From positions 454,415-518,414 of the forward strand of contig JAULAX010000018.1 in NCBI GenBank assembly GCA_032654565.1: a stretch of DNA of 64,000 bases, read 5' to 3'. Shown piece after piece: positions 58,970 through 64,000 of this stretch. This DNA is from Anaeromyxobacteraceae bacterium (lineage in GTDB: Bacteria > Myxococcota > Myxococcia > Myxococcales > Anaeromyxobacteraceae). Every line of letters begins with the position of its first letter. Within the stretch, counting starts at the first letter, position 1. A program made the position numbers and the translations under genes. The notes under the pieces were generated by a model. It was not told where the DNA came from, did not search any database, and saw nothing but the letters and a program-made list of their open reading frames with translations.

Positions 58970-59746
58970 ATGCGGGCACGCCGGATCATCGTGGCCATGC
59001 CGAAGGGCGGTTCGGGCAAGACGGCCACCGCGGTGGCGCTCGCCTGGGGAATGCACCGGGCCGGGCGGCGCGTGCTCCTCGTCGACCTCGACCCGCAGGG
59101 GAACGCGACTGCGGCTCTGGGCGTCGTCCCTGGCGGAAACTACGGGACCCTCGACTTCCTACTCAGGCCCGAGCGGCCGTTCGAGCCGGCCGCCGTGGTG
59201 GTGGGGCTGGACCTCGTCCCGGCGAGCGCCTGGCGTTCCGCAGTGGACCTCGAGGTCCAGAAGGCGAATCAGCTCACCGGGCCTGTAACCGTCCGGGAGG
59301 CGCTGGAGCGCGTCGAGAACGGGTACGACTACGTCCTCTGCGACTGCGCTCCAAGCCTGGGGCCAGTCACCTACAACGCACTGGCGGCCGGCCCCATCCT
59401 GGCGCCCGTCGAAATGACCCGGCTCGCGGTCTCCGTGGTCCCGGAGCTCGACCGGGTGGTGGCCACGCTGCGCCGCGGCGTAGCGCCAGCAGCCGCCGTA
59501 CTGGGCTACCTCCCAACTCGCCACATCGCCCGCCTGGCGGAGTCGCGCGAGGCGCTGCTGGCCCTCCAGGGGCTGGAGGGCGGCCGGGTCCTACGGACGC
59601 GCGTTCCCTTCGCCACGGCCATCGCGCAGAGCCTTGCCGAGGCCACCTCGCCATTCAGCCCTCGCTACCACCGGTCCAAAGGACCAGCCGCCTATCTTCA
59701 GGTCGTCGAGGAGGTAGTTGCACTTCTGGAGGAACGCCATGAATGA
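58970..59746 (+). CDS. parA: ParA-family partition ATPase
   Basis: KGGSGKT deviant Walker A, VLLVDLDPQGNAT, YDYVLCDCAPSLG. Confidence 0.92.
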   Translation: MRARRIIVAMPKGGSGKTATAVALAWGMHRAGRRVLLVDLDPQGNATAALGVVPGGNYGTLDFLLRPERPFEPAAVVVGLDLVPASAWRSAVDLEVQKANQLTGPVTVREALERVENGYDYVLCDCAPSLGPVTYNALAAGPILAPVEMTRLAVSVVPELDRVVATLRRGVAPAAAVLGYLPTRHIARLAESREALLALQGLEGGRVLRTRVPFATAIAQSLAEATSPFSPRYHRSKGPAAYLQVVEEVVALLEERHE

Positions 59747-60797
59747 ACTCAGCAAGAATTCGATCGCAGTCCGCCTCGCCAACCAGGCCGTCCAGGCGCC
59801 CCTCGGACCGGAGAGCGAAGTGGCCGGTGAGGCCGGGGACGACAACGTCCTCCGCCACATCCTCCCCGATCAGCACCTCCAGCGGATCCCCGTGGACCGA
59901 CTGGCCCCGGCGCCTGAAGGCCAGGCCCGACAGGAGTTCAACGAAGATCGGCTGGCAGCCTTGGCGGAGAGCCTGAAGCGGTCCGGCGTCCGCGAGCCCA
60001 TCATCGTCACGCCCCATGGCGCGGAGGCCGGCCGATTCCAGATCGTGGCCGGTGAGCGGCGGTGGCGGGCGGCCAAGTTGGCTGGGCTACGGGAGATCCC
60101 CTGCATCGTCGACCCGGGGCTCGTTGAGCGAAAGGACAAGCTCCTCGCCCAGGCTGAGGAGAACCTCCACCGGGAGAACCTCAACGCCGTGGAGGAGGCG
60201 GCCATCCTCGTGCAGCTCATGGAGGCCAGGAGTGTCGAAGTGAAGGAGGCCGGCGAGCTGCTCGGCAAGAGCCAGCGCCAAGCGCGGCGGCTGCTCCAGC
60301 TCCACACCGCGGCAGCTCCAATCAAGCGCGCCGTGGCTCGGGGCCAGCTCGACGCTCGTGTGGCCCTCGAGCTGGTTCGCATCCACAACCGCTTCGTCAG
60401 AGAGGACTCGTCTCCCACGGGAAGCGGCGCGCTCAAGAAGATCGAGCGCCTCGTCGAGCGGTACGTCGGCGAGGGGTGGACTATGCGGAAGCTGGAGCGC
60501 TTGGCGGCCAGGCTCGACGCCAAGGGCGGTGGATCAGTGGCAGAGAGTGACCACAGGACACCGAGCGAGGACACCGAGGACCGGATTCCCCATGCCCAAC
60601 CGCGAGACCGCAAGGCGCCCGTGAAGTCGCCAGGCGCCCATGGGGAGCAGATGACCCGGGGACCGGTCCTCGAGCACAAGAACGGTCACCTCATCCTGGA
60701 CGTGGAGCGCATCGAGCAGCACCAGCTCACGCCGGAGGAGCGCGCCACGCTGATCGCTCTCTTCGAGGACCTGCTCTTCAAGACTCGCAGGTCGTAG
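59739..60797 (+). CDS. parB: ParB-family CTPase/HTH partition protein
   Basis: QARQEF, GVREPIIV, IVAGERRWRAA, ENLHRENLNAVEEA, HTH; overlaps the parA stop. Confidence 0.93.
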   Translation: MNELSKNSIAVRLANQAVQAPLGPESEVAGEAGDDNVLRHILPDQHLQRIPVDRLAPAPEGQARQEFNEDRLAALAESLKRSGVREPIIVTPHGAEAGRFQIVAGERRWRAAKLAGLREIPCIVDPGLVERKDKLLAQAEENLHRENLNAVEEAAILVQLMEARSVEVKEAGELLGKSQRQARRLLQLHTAAAPIKRAVARGQLDARVALELVRIHNRFVREDSSPTGSGALKKIERLVERYVGEGWTMRKLERLAARLDAKGGGSVAESDHRTPSEDTEDRIPHAQPRDRKAPVKSPGAHGEQMTRGPVLEHKNGHLILDVERIEQHQLTPEERATLIALFEDLLFKTRRS

Positions 60798-60801
60798 CCC
60801 C

Positions 60802-61111
60802 GAAAACGTCCTGCTGGTCCGCGCGGACCAGCAGCGAGAAAACGGCCTCCTGGTACGCGCGGACCAACACGCGAAGAACCGAGTGGCCGACCGCCTCCGA
60901 CATGGGCCGCGGGTCAGCCTTTTGACCAGTCCTCTCGAAAATGGTCGCCTGGTCCGCGCGGACCAGCAGGCCGAAATCCATTCTGTCGACCGACTCGAGC
61001 CCGGGCCAAGGTCGTTGCCTCGGTCGGCTCCCCTGAAAAGTGGCCAGTGGTCCGCGCGGACCAACTTCACGAAAACCACGCGCTGGTCCGCGCGGACCAG
61101 CGAGGCGAAAA
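60802..61111. repeat. Five 16-bp palindromes TGGTCCGCGCGGACCA (putative element-specific parS array)
   Basis: Copies at 60815-60830, 60851-60866 (1 mismatch), 60950-60965, 61048-61063 and 61084-61099; each preceded by GAAAA-N8. Confidence 0.85.
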
Positions 61112-61127
61112 CGCGAAGGCGCTCGGT

Positions 61128-61195
61128 TCAATCCTGTCAGTCGTGGTGTCCTGTCACGAGGACAGGATTGGGAACGACCCGGCTGACAGGGTTGA
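61128..61195. repeat. Nested direct/inverted CCTGTC(A) repeats
   Basis: TCAATCCTGTCAG 61128-61140, TCCTGTCA 61149-61156, GACAGGATTG 61161-61170, CTGACAGGGTTGA 61183-61195. Confidence 0.7.
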
Positions 61196-61274
61196 GCACC
61201 ACCATCGGCTCGTAACCTCTTGAAATCAGCGCCCCGGCCCGGCCGCCCCCCAGGTGGCAACGGCGCGAGGTGAG

Positions 61275-61339
61275 GGGTACCAACTGCCCGACCCCTCTCC
61301 CCCAACCACCTGGGGAGAGGGGTCGGGCAGTTGGTACCC
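61275..61339. repeat. Perfect 28-bp inverted repeat with 9-nt loop
   Basis: GGGTACCAACTGCCCGACCCCTCTCCCC-CAACCACCT-GGGGAGAGGGGTCGGGCAGTTGGTACCC. Confidence 0.9.
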
Positions 61340-62031
61340 AAGGAAGAGAGAGGAGAGGGGGGCGGAGGGGCCGGGGTTCTTGGAGGTCAAGGTCCAGAAG
61401 AAGGTGGAATCAGATGATGAGTGAAAAGTGAGAAGTTCAAAAAAGAGAAAAAGCATGCGGTTTGGCAAAGGGCGGACGATTCAGATGAACGAGCGGAGTT
61501 CAGAGTTGGGGAGGCGTTCGTTGCTGCGTGGAGTCGGGAAGAGGTTCGGTGCGGGAGACAGCGTTCTGGGAAGGCGTACGGAGAGACGGGAAGGAAGAAG
61601 TTGCAGGGGGGCGAGTCGGGGGAGCTACGGAGACATGGTTGATGGAAAGAGTGTCAGGACATCGCTGACACTCGGCTCCTGCAGTTCGGCCCAAAACACC
61701 GCGCGTCGTAACCCGCTCCGTGAAGCCGACCGCTGGCGGCTGACGCCGCGAGCAAGCTGGGAGCGGCGGCGGCCCTCGCCGCCGCACATCACAGCGCGCT
61801 GCGCGCGCCAGGAGCGAGGGCCGCGCCAGCCCCGGTGCGCCCATGAAGCCGGGCGCCCCGCGTCTGTCACGCCCCTCGCCCGGTCGCCCGCCCTTCGACC
61901 GGTACCTCCGCCACGCAAGACCAGGTGAGTCGGTGCGTCTCCTCGACGCGGGCCGGGGCCGTTTTGGGCGTGCGCCCTGGCAGGGGGGAGTGAGCGGGTT
62001 TGGTGAGGGGCCCGGCTCCGAGGAGAACGAA

Positions 62032-62646
62032 ATGTTCAAGAACGAGGTGCGGGAGAGGATGCTGTCGGATGGCCCCCGGGCGCTGTCGGATGGGGACCTC
62101 CTGTCGGTGCTGGGCGCTGGCAGCGCGGCGAGCCGAGCGGTGGCCGAACTGGCGTGGCTGTCCGTCGGCGAGCTTCGGCAACTGGGGCTCGGCGGGTTCG
62201 GGGCGGCCGTGGTCGCGGCGGCCTTCGAACTCGGCCGGCGCGGGGCGTGGGCCCCGCCGAGGCGTGGGGAGCGGTGCCTGAGCCCGGAGCGGGTCTACGA
62301 ACTGACCCGGGCGCTGGCGCACGCGACCGTCGAGGAGTTCCACGTGGTGCTCCTCGACGTGCGCGGCCGGCTCATCAAGGCGGAGCGCGTGGCGGTGGGC
62401 TCCATCAGCCAGTGCCCGGTCAGCCCGCGCGACGTGTTCCGCGCGGTCATCCGCGAGGCGGCTCACAGCGTCGTGTTCGTCCACAACCACCCCTCCGGGG
62501 ACCCGTCGCCATCCCCGGAGGACGCCGACCTGACCGAGCGGCTCAGGGCCGGCGCGGACCTGGTCGGAGTGATGGCGCGGGACCACGTCATCGTCGCGGC
62601 GGGTGGCTACTACTCGTTCGTCGAGGCGGGGCACTGGCGGCGGTGA
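62032..62646 (+). CDS. radC: RadC/JAB-domain protein
   Basis: RERMLSDGPRALSDGDLL, EEFHVVLLD, HNHPSGDPSPSPED, DHVIV; GAGGAG RBS. Confidence 0.92.
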   Translation: MFKNEVRERMLSDGPRALSDGDLLSVLGAGSAASRAVAELAWLSVGELRQLGLGGFGAAVVAAAFELGRRGAWAPPRRGERCLSPERVYELTRALAHATVEEFHVVLLDVRGRLIKAERVAVGSISQCPVSPRDVFRAVIREAAHSVVFVHNHPSGDPSPSPEDADLTERLRAGADLVGVMARDHVIVAAGGYYSFVEAGHWRR

Positions 62647-62702
62647 ACCCTTGACGCGGGGCGGCCCCAGCGCATCGGGGCCGCGCCGCCGGAGACCTGA
62701 AC

Positions 62703-63005
62703 ATGACGACCATCAGCATTGCAGACGTGGACGTGAAGTACCGGACCTTCGAAGTCCCGGACACCTGCCCGATGTGCGGCAACCGGCTTGCCAGCGATGG
62801 CGACATCCGTCGCCCGGCAGTACGGGAACTGAACCTCGCCTCGGCCAACTTCTTCGGGACGTTCGGCCGGGATGACGGAGACGGCTTCCTCGTCGACACG
62901 GAGACGAACGAGGAGCACCCCTCGGACTCCGTCTGGATTGTCTTCGGCTACGAGTGCGCGCACTGCGGCGAACTGCTGGCCACCGGCTCGCTCAGCGTCT
63001 GCTGA
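62703..63005 (+). CDS. Small Zn-ribbon hypothetical protein
   Basis: CPMCG...CAHCG, GGAG RBS. Confidence 0.65.
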   Translation: MTTISIADVDVKYRTFEVPDTCPMCGNRLASDGDIRRPAVRELNLASANFFGTFGRDDGDGFLVDTETNEEHPSDSVWIVFGYECAHCGELLATGSLSVC

Positions 63006-63018
63006 CGGAGGCGACACC

Positions 63019-63738
63019 ATGAACGAGACCGCCATCATCCTCGCCAGCCTCGACGACTCCGGGCAGGACGCCACCGCGAACCGGGCCATCCGCGACGTGG
63101 CCTCGACGCCGAGCCCGCAGCACATCATCCCGGCCGACATCGTCGCGTTCCTGTACGAGCACGTGGACCAGATGCGCGCCGAACTCTTCGCCGGCCAGGT
63201 GCCCGAGGTCGTCCTGTCGTTCGACGTGACCGACCGGCGCACGCTCGGCCACTACCACCTCAAGCGCAATGGCCTCGGGGTGCGCTGGGCGCTCAACCTC
63301 AACCCGGTGCACCTCGCCCGGCCGGTGTTCGGGGTGCTCTCGACCCTGCTACACGAACTCGCCCACGCCTGGCAGCACGAGCACGGCACGCCCTCGAAGC
63401 CACCCCATCACAACCGCGAGTTCCGGGACCGTTGCGAGGCGTTCGGCATCCCGACCGATGTAGGCGGTCACGACCTCGGCGTGCGGCACGGGACGCCGTT
63501 CGAGGACTACTGCAGCCGCCACGGCATCACCTTCCCGCCGCCGCCCGGTTCGTCGGAGCCGGCGGGGAGTCCCGGCGTTGCCGGTCCCTCGCCGCTGCTG
63601 CCGGTGCCGCCGGCCAGGCCGAGAGGCTCGAAGATGAAGAAGTGGCAATGCCCCTGCGGTGTCAACGCCCGCGTGGCCATCGCGGCCTTCGATGCGACCT
63701 GCAACAGGTGCGGTGGACGGTTCAAGCTGGTGGGGTAG
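63019..63738 (+). CDS. SprT-like Zn metalloprotease with C-terminal Zn ribbon
   Basis: LGHY, LNLNP, TLLHELAHAWQH, HHNREF, KWQCPCG...CNRC; GGAGG RBS. Confidence 0.85.
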   Translation: MNETAIILASLDDSGQDATANRAIRDVASTPSPQHIIPADIVAFLYEHVDQMRAELFAGQVPEVVLSFDVTDRRTLGHYHLKRNGLGVRWALNLNPVHLARPVFGVLSTLLHELAHAWQHEHGTPSKPPHHNREFRDRCEAFGIPTDVGGHDLGVRHGTPFEDYCSRHGITFPPPPGSSEPAGSPGVAGPSPLLPVPPARPRGSKMKKWQCPCGVNARVAIAAFDATCNRCGGRFKLVG

Positions 63739-63757
63739 GGCAGGGTCTAAACTTGGT

Positions 63758-63790
63758 GGTGGCCGCAGGTGGTCTTCAGCTGCGGCCACC
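63758..63790. terminator. Hairpin after the SprT-like gene
   Basis: GGTGGCCGCAG-N11-CTGCGGCCACC; weak U-tract. Confidence 0.45.
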
Positions 63791-63866
63791 CGCTACTTCC
63801 ACTTGTCCTTGGCCTAGCGTCGGTGGCCGTCTGCCAGTGCATGTCAGAGCGGCGTAGACTGCCTCG

Positions 63867-64000
63867 ATGACGCCTCGGAGACGGGCCGAGCCACCCAGAG
63901 CCGCGTTTTCGCTCCCGGTGGTCTTCAAGGTTCGGGAGCACGCCCTGAGCATCGTGTACGTGGCCGATGGTCGCTGGACTGTGAGCGTGGACGACGTGCC
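63867..64000 (+). CDS. Possible small hypothetical protein, truncated by the window edge
   Basis: Open frame MTPRRRAEPPRAAFSLPVVFKVREHALSIVYVADGRWTVSVDDV... Confidence 0.35.
   Translation, partial: MTPRRRAEPPRAAFSLPVVFKVREHALSIVYVADGRWTVSVDDV

Larger units (their letters stand above)
47554..64000. mobile_element. tRNA-Pro-anchored genomic island / ICE-like element (right end outside the window)
   Basis: Visible rise in A/T content and A/T-ending codons after the tRNA; defence genes, parAB, radC, SprT-like gene. No integrase or att repeat seen in the window. Confidence 0.8.

Noticed and set aside
60802..61111. CRISPR or TIGR-type guide array interpretation of the 36-bp-spaced palindromes
   Set aside because: Repeats are only 16 bp with irregular gaps (20, 83, 82, 20 bp), and no cas or Nop-domain gene is in the window. 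The second conserved element is only GAAAA. Position right after parB and similarity to parS fit a centromere better.
60534..61928. ORFs called across the par-array/hairpin region (e.g. repeated WSART peptides)
   Set aside because: The peptide repeats simply translate the DNA palindromes; there is no RBS or codon-bias support.
62648..62702. CCCTTGACG and a small hairpin after radC as a promoter
   Set aside because: No -10 element at the proper spacing and no nearby complementary GTCAAGGG arm.

Overview
Very GC-rich, myxobacterial-type chromosome window; gene content suggests an Anaeromyxobacter-like organism (inference). Bases 1-47553 are core genome: a cbb3 oxidase maturation cluster (ccoG 3' end, fixH, DsbD_2/TauE-like, ccoI, ccoS), acnB, an orphan Cys-motif histidine kinase, and a contiguous adventurous-gliding locus (cglC/gltK, gltBAC, gltDEFGHIJ). 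That locus is followed by a RelA/SpoT-like TIGR04552 gene, ffh, tRNA-Leu(UAA), kdd, two peptidases and tRNA-Pro(CGG). From the tRNA-Pro 3' end to beyond the window edge lies a lower-GC integrated element. Its defence cargo is Sir2-HerA with a co-oriented caspase-like CHAT protease gene, a RosmerTA-like toxin/HTH-ImmA pair, a large NERD-type nuclease and a small two-TM protein. It also carries its own parA-parB followed by five copies of a non-canonical 16-bp palindrome (TGGTCCGCGCGGACCA) in a strict GAAAA-N8 context, a perfect 28-bp hairpin and a purine-rich tract (candidate ori/oriT). It ends in the window with radC, a Zn-ribbon gene and an SprT-like gene. All calls come from motif reading by eye; no database search was run.
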